DNA from: Terriglobia bacterium
GTDB lineage: Bacteria > Acidobacteriota > Terriglobia > JAJPHL01 > JAPKYU01
Direction: 5' to 3'
Assembly: GCA_965206645.1 (NCBI GenBank)
Contig: CBDBKE010000002.1
Coordinates: 832,218 to 896,217 of the forward strand
Length of the DNA: 64,000 nucleotides
Part shown: positions 28,439 through 38,398 of the stretch, in pieces
How positions within the stretch are numbered: the first letter of the stretch is position 1
How the letters are laid out: every line of letters begins with the position of its first letter
The notes under the pieces: generated by a model
What the model was told of the DNA's origin: nothing
Database searches by the model: none
The model's input: only the letters and a program-made list of their open reading frames with translations
Program-made: the position numbers and the translations under genes

Positions 28439-30469
28439 ATGCGACGGAAAGGCAAGCGCCAAGTCATCTCGATTGCTGCGGTGTTGTTGCTGGCCACGCC
28501 GTGCCTGGCTGAGATTAAGCTGATTCCCACGCCGCGCCAGCTAGAGGAGCGCCCCGGCCGATTTGTGCTTCGGGCCCCGTTGACCATTGCGCTGCCTCCG
28601 CAGGCTAGCGACGACGATCGCTTTGCGGCCCAGTTGCTCCAGCAGGAGATCGCCGCCGTGTCGCGAGTCAAGGCCAAGGTAGAGTCCGGGCCCCAGGCCC
28701 AGATCGTTCTCACCCTCGTGGGCGCACCGGTAGTGGTTGGCGAGGAGGGCTACCTGCTCCGGGTCAGCCCGCGACGGGTCACGATTTCGGCGCGCACTTC
28801 GGCGGGTTTGTTTTACGGCGTGCAAACGCTGCGGCAGCTGATCTCCCGCAAGGGGATTCCGGCCGTGCGGATCACCGACTGGCCAGCGATGCGCTGGCGC
28901 GGCCTGCACGACGACCTGAGCCGCGGCCCCATCCCCACCATCGACTACATCAAGCGGCAACTGCGCACCTGTGCTGAATACAAGATCAACCTCTTCTCGT
29001 TTTACATCGAGCACACCTTCGCCTACCGCCGCCACCCGCTGATCGGCCCGCCCGGCGGCTCCTTAACCGCCTCGGAGGTGAAACAGCTGGTCGCCTACGC
29101 ACGCAAATACCACATCGAGCTTGTTCCACAGCAGCAGACCTTCGGCCACATGCACCACGTGCTGAAGTGGGAGAAATATTCCTCGCTGGCCGAGGTGCCG
29201 CACGGGCACGTGCTCGCCCCCGCCAACCCGAGGACCTACAGCCTTGTGAAGTCCCTGTATGACGAACTGGTGCCGCTATTTCCCGGGCGGTTTCTGCACA
29301 TCGGCGCGGACGAGACCTTCGAGCTGGGACGGGGCAAGTCGCATGGGCTGGTGCAGCAGGAGGGTCTGGGGCAGGTCTATTTCAACCACATCCGGCGCGT
29401 GACTGAGATTCTCGCTCCCTACAAGAAGCGGCTGATGTTCTGGGGCGACATCGCTCTGCATTACCCCGAGCTGTTGCCGAAGCTGCCCAAAGACATGATC
29501 GTGATGAGCTGGAATTACTCGCCTCGCGAAAACTTCGACCGCTACCTGAAGCCGTTCCGCGATGCGGGGCTGGATGTGTTTGTCTGCCCGGGGGTGAACA
29601 ACTGGAGCCGTATCTTCCCCAACCTGGACCGAGCGCTACCCAACATCCGCAATTTCATCCGCGACGGCCAGGAGTTTGGCGCCCTGGGTGTGCTGAATAC
29701 TACCTGGGATGACGACGGCGAGGCTCTGTTCGGCATGACCTGGTACCCGGTCCTGTACGGGGCGGCGGCCTCCTGGCAGTTAGGCACGGCCGACCCCGAG
29801 CAATTCCGCAACGGCTTCGACTGGGCCTTCTTCCGCAATTCCAGGGGGAGCCCGTTTGCCGAGGTTATCGAGCGACTCAACCGAGTGCATGGGCTGCTCA
29901 ACCTGGCGGGCGTAAGCGATGCTCGCAACTGGCTGTTCTGGCTCAACCCCTTCCATCCGGAACACCGCCAGGTGCTCGAAAAGATTCATCCGGTGGCGCG
30001 CGAGATCCGGCTGGCGGCAGAAAGGGCGCTGGAGGTTGTCGAGCGGAATGCCTGGCGAGCTCGTCGCAACCGGGACCAGCTCGACTACCTGAGACTGGCG
30101 GCGCGGCGACTGGACTATCTCGGCTTCAAGGCCCTCTACGCCCGGCAGATTGCAGACCTCTACCAAGAGGCTTACGACAACCAACAGGACCGAAGCCTGG
30201 TGCGCCGGGCGCTGAGCCGCATCGATAACATGAACGGCCTGCTCCAGGATGGCCGCGATTTCTCCACAGCGCTTCGGGAGGACTATCGCGCGGCCTGGCT
30301 GGCCGAGAATCGGCCCTACTGGTTGGCCAACGTTCTGGCTCTCTACGACCGCGAAACGCGCATGTGGATAGACAAGATCAGCGAATTTCAGCTGCTCCGG
30401 TATAACTACCGCCGGCAGAAGAAACTTCCTCCGCCAGAAACTCTAGGTCTTGCCGCGCCGGAGGAATAG
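28439..30469 (+). CDS. Secreted GH20 beta-N-acetylhexosaminidase-like glycoside hydrolase
   Basis: LIPTP, EEGYLL, GLFYGVQTLRQL, DWP..RGLHDDLSRG, HIGADE. Confidence 0.88.
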   Translation: MRRKGKRQVISIAAVLLLATPCLAEIKLIPTPRQLEERPGRFVLRAPLTIALPPQASDDDRFAAQLLQQEIAAVSRVKAKVESGPQAQIVLTLVGAPVVVGEEGYLLRVSPRRVTISARTSAGLFYGVQTLRQLISRKGIPAVRITDWPAMRWRGLHDDLSRGPIPTIDYIKRQLRTCAEYKINLFSFYIEHTFAYRRHPLIGPPGGSLTASEVKQLVAYARKYHIELVPQQQTFGHMHHVLKWEKYSSLAEVPHGHVLAPANPRTYSLVKSLYDELVPLFPGRFLHIGADETFELGRGKSHGLVQQEGLGQVYFNHIRRVTEILAPYKKRLMFWGDIALHYPELLPKLPKDMIVMSWNYSPRENFDRYLKPFRDAGLDVFVCPGVNNWSRIFPNLDRALPNIRNFIRDGQEFGALGVLNTTWDDDGEALFGMTWYPVLYGAAASWQLGTADPEQFRNGFDWAFFRNSRGSPFAEVIERLNRVHGLLNLAGVSDARNWLFWLNPFHPEHRQVLEKIHPVAREIRLAAERALEVVERNAWRARRNRDQLDYLRLAARRLDYLGFKALYARQIADLYQEAYDNQQDRSLVRRALSRIDNMNGLLQDGRDFSTALREDYRAAWLAENRPYWLANVLALYDRETRMWIDKISEFQLLRYNYRRQKKLPPPETLGLAAPEE

Positions 30470-30545
30470 CGGTGTTGCGAGATGGGGAGTAAGCTCGGAG
30501 GAAGCCGCTTCTTACTACAAAAGGGCTACAAAAGGGATCGGAATC

Positions 30546-30971
30546 ATGACTGAGGAAGCTGTCCAGGCGAGACTGAAACAAGCCCGGGTCGCCCGGCTGG
30601 CTACCGGAGACGAACAAGGCCGTCCCCACATGGTCCCGATCTGTTACGCCTACGATGGCCGGTGCTTCTATACCGCCCTGGATCAAAAGCCCAAGCAGGT
30701 GCCTCCTGAGAGGCTTGCCAGGGTGCGCCACATCCAGGCGAACCCGAACGTAGCCCTACTGGTTGACGAGTACGGCGAGGATTGGGAAAAGCTTTGGTAC
30801 ATCCTGGTTCGAGGCAAGGCAGAGATCCTCTCGGAAGGAGAGAAGAACGATAAGGCACTCCGCCTTCTCAAGGAGAAGTATCCGCAGTATGCGTCTGGCA
30901 CGCTGCTGCCCCAACGGGCCCCTGTGATCCAAATCGTGCCGACTCAGATCATTGGCTGGGGCAGAGTCTGA
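30546..30971 (+). CDS. PPOX-class probable F420-dependent oxidoreductase (Rv0121-like)
   Basis: ARVARLAT...PHMVPIC, YTALDQKPK, NPNVALLVDEY.EDW.KLWY, LKEKYPQY. Confidence 0.85.
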   Translation: MTEEAVQARLKQARVARLATGDEQGRPHMVPICYAYDGRCFYTALDQKPKQVPPERLARVRHIQANPNVALLVDEYGEDWEKLWYILVRGKAEILSEGEKNDKALRLLKEKYPQYASGTLLPQRAPVIQIVPTQIIGWGRV

Positions 30972-31149
30972 ACCGCAACGGCGGGGGCGGCCTGGGAGAG
31001 CCCCGGGGGAGCCCCTGAGAGGGCCAATGCTGTCGTGCTCCGGTGTGTCGGGCGGACGACGTAGTTGCGTAACGATTTTTCATTGAATCTTTGTACAGCC
31101 TATGGCAGGGTAGCGGAGCCTATCAAGTTCACCGAAAAGGAAGAGCGCA

Positions 31150-32062
31150 ATGAAAGTAGGATTTGGCCTCCCGCAGATGGGACCGGCTGCCAGCCCGGAT
31201 GCCGTCGTCAAGGCCGCCCAGCGTGCGGAGGAGCTAGGCTATGACAGCGTGTGGGTGATCGAGCGGTTCCTCTACCCGTTGAAGCCCCAGACGCCGTACC
31301 CGGCGACGCCCGACGGGTCCCTTCCCGATGTCTACAAGCGGGTTCTCGATCCGCTGGCGACCTTAACCTTACTTAGCAGCCAAGACGTCGCGCGTCGGCT
31401 TAGGAACCAGCGTTCTGGATATGCCTTATTACAACCCGGTGATGCTGGCACGCCAGCTTACGACCCTGGATGTGCTTTCGCAAGGGCGCCTGGGCCTGGG
31501 GCTGGGCTGGTCCAAGGACGAGTACGATGCGGTCGGGGCGACATTCAAAGGACGCGGGGCCAGGGCGGATGAGTTTATCCAGGTGCTCAAGGCCATCTGG
31601 ACCACCGATCCGGTGGAGTTCCACGGCAAGTTTTACCACATCCCCAAATCCATCATCCAGCCCAAGCCCGTGCAAAAACCGCACCCGCCCATCTACTTGG
31701 CTTCCTTTAGCGAAGCCGCCCTGAAGCGGGTGGCGAGACTTGCCGATGGCTGGAACCCAGTCGGGATACCGGTAGACGGAATGGGGCAGATGTTCCAGGG
31801 GGTGAAGGAAATGGCAAAGGCTGAGGGGCGTGATCCCTCCAGCTTGCGACTCCTTGTGAGGGCCCACCCGGAGATCACCGAAAAGCCACTGGGCAAGGAC
31901 CGTTGGGCCTTCGCTGGCACCCTGGAGCAGATCAAGGAGGATATAAGCCGCTGTCGGGACTTAGCGGTGGAGGAGCTCTTCTTCGATCCAATCTTTTCTC
32001 CGGATGGGCAGTCATTGGATGGGTTCCTCAGCCGCATGGAGCAGATGCGCGGGCTGGTCTAG
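31150..32062 (+). pseudogene. LLM-class probable F420-dependent oxidoreductase, +1 frameshift near 31369
   Basis: AEELGYDSVWV..DPLATL in one frame, continuing YLAAKTSRV.LGTSVL..LARQLTTLDVLSQGR, PKPVQKPHPPI, ADGW in the next. Confidence 0.85.
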
Positions 32063-32112
32063 GCGCCCTGCGGGTCGGTCCTCTTGACGGCAGCTTTCGA
32101 CAGGGTACCCGG

Positions 32113-33303
32113 ATGCCTCCGCACTTGACGGCGATTCTTGAGACCCTCCGTACCGGCCGACGACCCACACGAGACGAAGCGGTTGCGCTGGAAGGTGCGG
32201 CTGGCGAGGAATTCGCCGAACTGATGGCTCTGGCGGCCGTGCGGCGCAAGGCCGCTTGGGGAACCACTGTCACCTACTCTAGAAAAGTCTTCATCCCTCT
32301 AACGAATCTGTGCCGGGACACCTGTGGGTATTGCACCTTTGCCCAGCCCCCCTCCTTCCCTTCGGCGCACTGGATGACTCCCGACGAGGTGCTGGAGGTG
32401 GCCGAGGCGGGCCGTCGCCTGGGGTGTAAGGAGGCTCTGTTCAGCCTCGGCGAGAAGCCCGAACTGCGCTACCCAGAAGCCAGGCAGGCTCTGGCCGCCC
32501 TAGGCTATACCCGCCTGATTGCTTATCTTCGCGATATGTGTGAACGAGTGCTCCGGAAAACCGGGCTGCTACCCCATGCTAATCCCGGCACCCTCTCCAC
32601 AGAGGAGATGGCTTTGCTCCGCCCCGTGACCGGAAGTATGGGCGTAATGCTAGAAAACGTCAGCCGGAGGCTTATGGGGAAAGGAGCCGCCCATGAAAGC
32701 TGCCCGGACAAGCACCCGGAGGTGCGCTTGCAGACCTTGGTGAACGCTGGCCGGCTGGGCGTGCCTTTTACCACCGGGATTCTCATCGGCATCGGCGAGA
32801 CATGGGCCGAGCGCGTGGATTCGTTGCTGGCGATCCAGACCGTTTCCGAGCGCTACGGAAACATTCAGGAAGTGATTATTCAGAATTTCCGGGCCAAACC
32901 CGACATTCGTATGCGCCACTGGCCCGAGCCTGGGTTGGAAGACATGCTGCGGACTCTGGCGGTCGCGCGGTTGCTGCTGGATGGAAAGGTAAGCCTCCAG
33001 GCACCGCCCAACCTGAGTCCCGGGGGGCCTGGGCAGTACGCGGAATACCTGGACGCCGGCTTGAACGACTGGGGCGGAGTCTCGCCCGTGACGATGGATC
33101 ACATCAATCCCGAAGCGGCCTGGCCGCGGATTGCTGAGCTCCGGCGCAGTACCGAGTCGCGGGGCTGCCGGTTGCGCGAACGCCTCACGATCTACCCGCG
33201 ATACCTGGCAGAGCCGGAGCGGTTCGTCGACCCCAAAATGTTGTCTTACCTGGCGGCCCTGGCCGGCGGTGACGGTCTGGCTGCCGAGCAGCACCTGAAT
33301 TGA
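32113..33303 (+). CDS. cofG: FO synthase subunit CofG (radical SAM)
   Basis: VTYSRKVFIPLTNLCRDTCGYCTF, EALFSLGEKPE, PFTTGILIGIGE, QAPPNL, NDWGGVSPVT.DHINPE. Confidence 0.93.
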   Translation: MPPHLTAILETLRTGRRPTRDEAVALEGAAGEEFAELMALAAVRRKAAWGTTVTYSRKVFIPLTNLCRDTCGYCTFAQPPSFPSAHWMTPDEVLEVAEAGRRLGCKEALFSLGEKPELRYPEARQALAALGYTRLIAYLRDMCERVLRKTGLLPHANPGTLSTEEMALLRPVTGSMGVMLENVSRRLMGKGAAHESCPDKHPEVRLQTLVNAGRLGVPFTTGILIGIGETWAERVDSLLAIQTVSERYGNIQEVIIQNFRAKPDIRMRHWPEPGLEDMLRTLAVARLLLDGKVSLQAPPNLSPGGPGQYAEYLDAGLNDWGGVSPVTMDHINPEAAWPRIAELRRSTESRGCRLRERLTIYPRYLAEPERFVDPKMLSYLAALAGGDGLAAEQHLN

Positions 33304-33332
33304 AGGCCTGAATTGAAGGCCCGAATTGAAGG
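33294..33332. repeat. 3 x 13-bp tandem repeat across the cofG stop
   Basis: CCTGAATTGAAGG CCTGAATTGAAGG CCCGAATTGAAGG. Confidence 0.9.
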
Positions 33333-33342
33333 GAAGTTAGTC

Positions 33343-34563
33343 ATGGCGGCATCGATTGCGGGCGCGACCACATCCGTCGAAAAGCTTCTCAGTGACATTG
33401 ACCCGGCGGTGAGCCGAATTCTGGACAAGGCCCTGGCCGACGTGGAGATCACGCCCGAGGAGGGCCTCGCGCTGTTCCGCGCCCAAGGGCGAGAGCTGCA
33501 GGCCCTGCTGCTCGCCGCTGACACGATCCGCCGAGCCAAGGTAGGCGAGCAGGTGACCTTCGTAGTGGTGCGCAATATCAACTTCACCAATATCTGCTAC
33601 ACGGGCTGTCGCTTTTGTGCCTTTGGCAAGCACCGGGACGACCCGGAGGCTGAATTCCTCTCTCTGGAGGAGGTTGCTGCTCGGGCCGAGGAGGCCTGGG
33701 GGAGGGGCGCCACCGAAGTCTGCATCCAGGGCGGTCTGCATCCGGAGATTGACGGGTCCTACTACCGGGACATTCTGGTGGCTATTAAGTCGCGCGTCCC
33801 CAAAATCCACATCCATGCCTTTTCCCCGTTCGAGATTAAGTACGGCTCCGAACGGAGCGGGCTCAGCGTGGAGGACTTTCTGCGCATGCTGCGGGAGCAC
33901 GGACTGGGCTCCACTCCCGGAACGGCGGCCGAGATTCTGGACGTTGATATAAGACGGAAACTCACCCGCAACAAACTTTCCGCCGAGGAATGGGTGAGCG
34001 TCATCAAGACCGCGCATCGCCTGGGTATTCCCACCACATCGACCATCATGTATGGGCACATTGACGGGCCCGAGCACTGGGTGGCTCACCTGGCGCTGTT
34101 GCGCGACATCCAGAAGGAAACGGGAGGGTTCACCGAGCTGGTGCCTTTAGGCTTTGTGCACTGGGAGGCGCCCATTTACCTGGCCGGAGAGGCACGTCCC
34201 GGATCCACCGGCCTTGAGGATCTGCGCATGCACGCGGTGGCGCGAATTCTGCTGAACAACTGGATTCACAACATCCAGGTCTCCTGGGTCAAGTTGGGTC
34301 CCAAGTTTGCCCAGCACCTGCTCACCACAGGGGCCAACGACTTTGGCGGAACGCTGATGAACGAAACTATTTCCCGAGCCGCTGGTGCTCCCCATGGTCA
34401 GGAGCTGACGCCCACCGAGATGTGCCGCATGATTCGAGAACTGGGGCGCATTCCGGCGCAGCGCAACACCCTCTACGAGATTCTGGAAGTCTTCGACGAC
34501 CACGACCCGCCCGACGTGAGCCCGCTCGTTCCTCGCACCGGACTTCAGCAGCTTCCTTCTTAG
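33343..34563 (+). CDS. cofH: FO synthase subunit CofH (radical SAM)
   Basis: RNINFTNICYTGCRFCAF, TEVCIQGG, PGTAAEILD, STIMYGH, NIQVSWVKLG, GANDFGGTLMNE. Adjacent to cofG. Confidence 0.92.
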   Translation: MAASIAGATTSVEKLLSDIDPAVSRILDKALADVEITPEEGLALFRAQGRELQALLLAADTIRRAKVGEQVTFVVVRNINFTNICYTGCRFCAFGKHRDDPEAEFLSLEEVAARAEEAWGRGATEVCIQGGLHPEIDGSYYRDILVAIKSRVPKIHIHAFSPFEIKYGSERSGLSVEDFLRMLREHGLGSTPGTAAEILDVDIRRKLTRNKLSAEEWVSVIKTAHRLGIPTTSTIMYGHIDGPEHWVAHLALLRDIQKETGGFTELVPLGFVHWEAPIYLAGEARPGSTGLEDLRMHAVARILLNNWIHNIQVSWVKLGPKFAQHLLTTGANDFGGTLMNETISRAAGAPHGQELTPTEMCRMIRELGRIPAQRNTLYEILEVFDDHDPPDVSPLVPRTGLQQLPS

Positions 34564-34628
34564 GGCTTGCTATCTCCCTTCGAACTCCTGGGTCTGCGAC
34601 CGTTTCGTGATAGAGTTCTTGTATAGGG

Positions 34629-36489
34629 ATGATCCACAGGTCGGCCTGCCTCCTGCTGTTCCTCCTGTTTCTACTCGGCCCCGAGTTGCTTGGCGCCCAG
34701 GCGCGCCGGGAAGCGATCCTGGTGCTGGCCGAGCCGCCGGTGATTGAGCAATTCCTGGCCATCTACCCCGGGCGACCACTGCACCGCCACCGCCTCCACT
34801 CGCCCGAATGCACCGTGCGGATGGATCGGCTGCGGGCGCTGAAGGCCCGGCTCGCCGGCGCAGTCCGTGCCGCGGGCGCCGAGGTTGTGGGAACTACCGA
34901 GGTGGTGCTGAACACGCTGCTGGTGCGGGCTACCGTCGAACAACTGGCCGTTTTACGGAACCTGCCTGGGGTGGATTCCGCAGAATTTGCCCGCCAGTAC
35001 ACACTCTCACTCGATGGCGCGGCTCCCTTGCTGCAGCTTGCCGAGGCGTGGACCCATCCGGCGATCGGCGGGGAGGAGAACGCCGGTCGAGGCATCAAGA
35101 TCGCCATCGTAGATAGCGGTATTGACCACACCCACCCGATGTTCCAGGATGCGCAGCTCAGCCCGCCGGCTGGATTTCCCAAGGGGAACACGGCCTTGAC
35201 CAACAACAAGGTGATTGTGGCGCGAAACTTTTCCACTGAATTCAGCGCGGCCGACACCGTGGGACATGGCACATTCGCTGCCGGGATTGCTGCCGGGCGT
35301 CGCGCGCAGGCACCGCAGGCTTCCATCAGCGGGGTAGCTCCGAAGGCCTTTCTCGGCAACTGCCGCGCCACCGACGACGAAGGATCGGCCACCGGATCCC
35401 GTGTTCTGGCGGCCATTGAGGCGGCCGTGCTGGACGGCATGGACATTATCAACCTGAGCCTGGGCACCCGTGGAGCCCTACCGCCCAGCGCAGATCCCTT
35501 TTTTGAAAGCATCAGCAACGCCACCGCGGCGGGTATCCTGGTGGTGGCGGCGGCGGGCAATGACGGCCCGGGAGTGCGCACGGTTACCTCGCCCGCCACC
35601 CTCCCCCAGGTACTGGCCGTCGGCTCAACTACGAACTCACGCGCTTTCTTTGCCACCGTGAAGGTCACTGCGGCAGAGCCCGTGCCCCCCTCGTTGGACG
35701 AAATCCGGGCCTTGCCTGGTAACGTCCCGGAGCAGACCGGACCCTTCGGGCCGGCCCCGCTAGCCGATGTGGCCACGCTGGATCCCAGCGGGCTAGCCTG
35801 CCCACCCAGCGCCGAAGTTCCTTCCGGAATCAACCTGCCACCCAACAGCCTCCAGGGGAAGGTGGCGCTCGTCCGGCGGGGCATCTGTTTTTTCCGAGAT
35901 AAAGTACAGAACGTGGCGGCCGCCGGCGCCGTCGGCGCCGTCATTTACAACCACCTTTCTGATGCCGGGCCATTGCAAATGGACACGTCCGGAAACCAAA
36001 TTCCCTCCATGAGCATCGGGAATGAAGACGGTCTGGCGCTGCGTGACTTCCTGCCCGGCAGCGGGCAGGTGCAAGTCTCCTTTGACCCGCAATTGGCGGC
36101 ATGGCCAATCGAACCTCCCCCAACCAGAGTGCCGAGGTGACCGTAACCATGTTCAATACCGGATTGGTCCAGACTGGTGACGGCGGACAACGCGGCGCAA
36201 GCCGGGCAAACGGTGATGCTGTTTGGCACCGGGTTAGGCAACGGTAACGAACTCGCCGGACACCGGCCAGCCCGCCTCTGCCAATCCGCTTTCAACCACC
36301 ATTACCACCCCGATGGTGACGATTGAGGGAAGGGAAGCGCCGGTCGACTTCTCGGGGCTGGCTCCGGGGTTTGTTGGCCTCTACCAGGTGAATGTCGTGG
36401 TCCCTTCCGGCTTGCCGCCAGGAGAGCATCCTGTGGTGCTTACCATAGGATGCGTTTCCAGCAACACGGTGACGGTCCCCCTCCGCTAA
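34629..36489 (+). pseudogene. S8 subtilase with PA domain and TIGR03437-like tail, internally deleted and frameshifted
   Basis: IVDSGID, GHGTFAAG and AAGNDG are present, but there is no GTSM catalytic Ser. An out-of-frame GLAPGFVGLYQVNVVVP tail ends at 36489. Confidence 0.8.
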
Positions 36490-36601
36490 TCCGGGAAATC
36501 CAAGGTCCGAACCCCAACGTCAAGAGTCGGGGGCAACGCGAATTGGCTCTTGGGTCTGGCCCGAGACTTTGGGCCCGGGACTTGGGACGAATGGCCCTGG
36601 A

Positions 36602-36721
36602 CTAGCCGATCCCCAGTTCGTCCGTGCGTTCCAGGGGCGAGCCGCACTGGCTGCAGATCATTGCGTGGCAGTCGCCGCATTCGAGCGGACGCGCCGGGGC
36701 GTCGCACCGCGGGCAGTACAT
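36602..36721 (-). CDS. 39-aa Cys-rich putative zinc-finger protein
   Basis: MYCPRCDAPARPLECGDCHAMICSQCGSPLERTDELGIG with three CxxC motifs and a GGAGG RBS. Confidence 0.65.
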   Translation of the reverse strand: MYCPRCDAPARPLECGDCHAMICSQCGSPLERTDELGIG

Positions 36722-36811
36722 CGTTTCGGGCGCCTCCCGTTGCTCGGCCACGTCCTGTATTATAGCCGCGCAGTGGAAACGGTGGGGCTTGGCCACTCGG
36801 AGAGGAAAGCG

Positions 36812-37909
36812 ATGAGCGACAAGGTGAAAACCATTGGCGTATGCACGGGTGGAGGTGACTGTCCCGGGTTGAATGCTGTCATCCGCGGGCTGGTCAAGTC
36901 GGCTATCGGGGCGCACGGCTGGCGTGTGGTGGGCATCGAAGACGGTTTTGACGGCCTGATCTGGCCGGACAAGAGCCGCGAATTGACGCGCGCGAACATC
37001 AGTGGCATCCTGCCTCGCGGCGGCACCATCCTGGGGACAACCAACCGTGGCAACCCGTTCGCCTACAAGCTGGAGGAAGGGGGACAGACGGTGGTCAAGG
37101 ATTATTCCGGCCGGGTGATCGACAACGCCCGGGCGATGGGCGTAGATGCCGTGGTGGTGATCGGCGGCGATGGCACGCAGAAAATTGCGCTGGAGCTGTT
37201 CCGCAAGGGGCTGTCGGTTGTCGGTGTGCCCAAGACGATTGACAACGACCTCTCGGCCACCGACCAGACCTTCGGCTTTGATACCGCCGTCCAAACCGCC
37301 AGCGAGGCAATTGACCGGCTGCACACCACCGCGGAGAGCCATCACCGCATCATGATCCTGGAAGTGATGGGGCGCGATGCCGGTTGGATCGCGCTCCATG
37401 CTGGCATCGCCGGCGGCGCCCACGTCATCCTGATTCCGGAAATTCCCTTCCATCTGAAGAACATCCAGCGCAGCGTCCAGCATCGGGAGCTGGAAGGAAG
37501 TAAATACAGCCTGGTGGTGGTGGCCGAAGGCGTCACCCACGTTGACGGCCGGCCCATTACCGAGGTGGCCGAGGAGCGCAGGCAGACCCTTCGCGGTGGG
37601 TCAGTCTCCAGCATCCTGAGCGAATGCATTGCCTCGGCTTGCCGTCGCGAAACGCGAGTGACCGTGCTGGGGCACATCCAGCGTGGAGGCTCACCCTCCG
37701 CCTTCGATCGCGTGCTCAGCTCCCGCTTCGGCGTTGCGGCCGTGGGCCTGGTTGCTCGGGGTGAGTTCGGGCGCATGGTCTGCCTGCGCGGCAGCCGCAT
37801 CGCAAGCACCACCCTGGAGGAGGCGATCGGCGCCATAAAGGCGGTGAACCCGAACGACGAACTGGTGCACACCGCCAAAGCTCTGGGGATTAGTTTCGGA
37901 GACTCCTAG
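36812..37909 (+). CDS. pfkA: 6-phosphofructokinase
   Basis: TGGGDCPGLNAVIR, GGTILGT, IGGDGT, PKTIDND, EVMGR, LGHIQRGG. Confidence 0.95.
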   Translation: MSDKVKTIGVCTGGGDCPGLNAVIRGLVKSAIGAHGWRVVGIEDGFDGLIWPDKSRELTRANISGILPRGGTILGTTNRGNPFAYKLEEGGQTVVKDYSGRVIDNARAMGVDAVVVIGGDGTQKIALELFRKGLSVVGVPKTIDNDLSATDQTFGFDTAVQTASEAIDRLHTTAESHHRIMILEVMGRDAGWIALHAGIAGGAHVILIPEIPFHLKNIQRSVQHRELEGSKYSLVVVAEGVTHVDGRPITEVAEERRQTLRGGSVSSILSECIASACRRETRVTVLGHIQRGGSPSAFDRVLSSRFGVAAVGLVARGEFGRMVCLRGSRIASTTLEEAIGAIKAVNPNDELVHTAKALGISFGDS

Positions 37910-37955
37910 CGCTCTGAAGTTTGTGGCCCTGAACTTTGTGGTATGATCTGCGCCG

Positions 37956-38324
37956 ATGCCGAGTAACTATATCCCCATCGTCATCTTTGTTCTGCTGGCC
38001 TTTGCCTTTCCCACGGTGACGCTGCTAGCCGCCAAGCTGATTCGGCCCGAAGCGCCCTATAAGGAGAAGTTGACTCCTTACGAATGTGGGGTTGAGCCGG
38101 TCTCCAATTCCCGAGGCCGGTATGCCGTGCGCTTCTACATCATCGCCATCCTGTTCGTCATCTTCGGGGTGGAGACCATTTTCCTTTTCCCCTGGGCCGT
38201 CCAATACACCGGCTGGATTCCCAAATTCAAGTTCTTCGGCATGATGGAGATGGGAGTCTTCCTCGGAATCCTGCTCGTCGGCTACATCTGGATTTACAAG
38301 AAGGGCGCGCTGGAGTGGATCTAG
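37956..38324 (+). CDS. nuoA: NADH-quinone oxidoreductase subunit A (orphan)
   Basis: K.TPYECG, VRFYIIAILFVIF.VE..FLFPWA, KKGALEW. An extended -10 TGGTATGAT lies at 37939-37947. Confidence 0.9.
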   Translation: MPSNYIPIVIFVLLAFAFPTVTLLAAKLIRPEAPYKEKLTPYECGVEPVSNSRGRYAVRFYIIAILFVIFGVETIFLFPWAVQYTGWIPKFKFFGMMEMGVFLGILLVGYIWIYKKGALEWI

Positions 38325-38398
38325 CAGGGCGCTGAACGGCCGGCGGGCTTTAGCCTGGCCACTGCGTGCCACTGTCATCCGTCAAGCCTGGGCGACAT

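Noticed and set aside
33343-34563. Alternative call as menaquinone-pathway MqnC/MqnE
   Set aside because: Adjacency to cofG and the NIQVSWVKLG and NDFGGTLMNE motifs favour CofH.
36540-36602. Degenerate 7-mer-like repeats (GGGACTT-like), also near 49113-49140
   Set aside because: Too short and irregular to distinguish from chance in GC-rich DNA.
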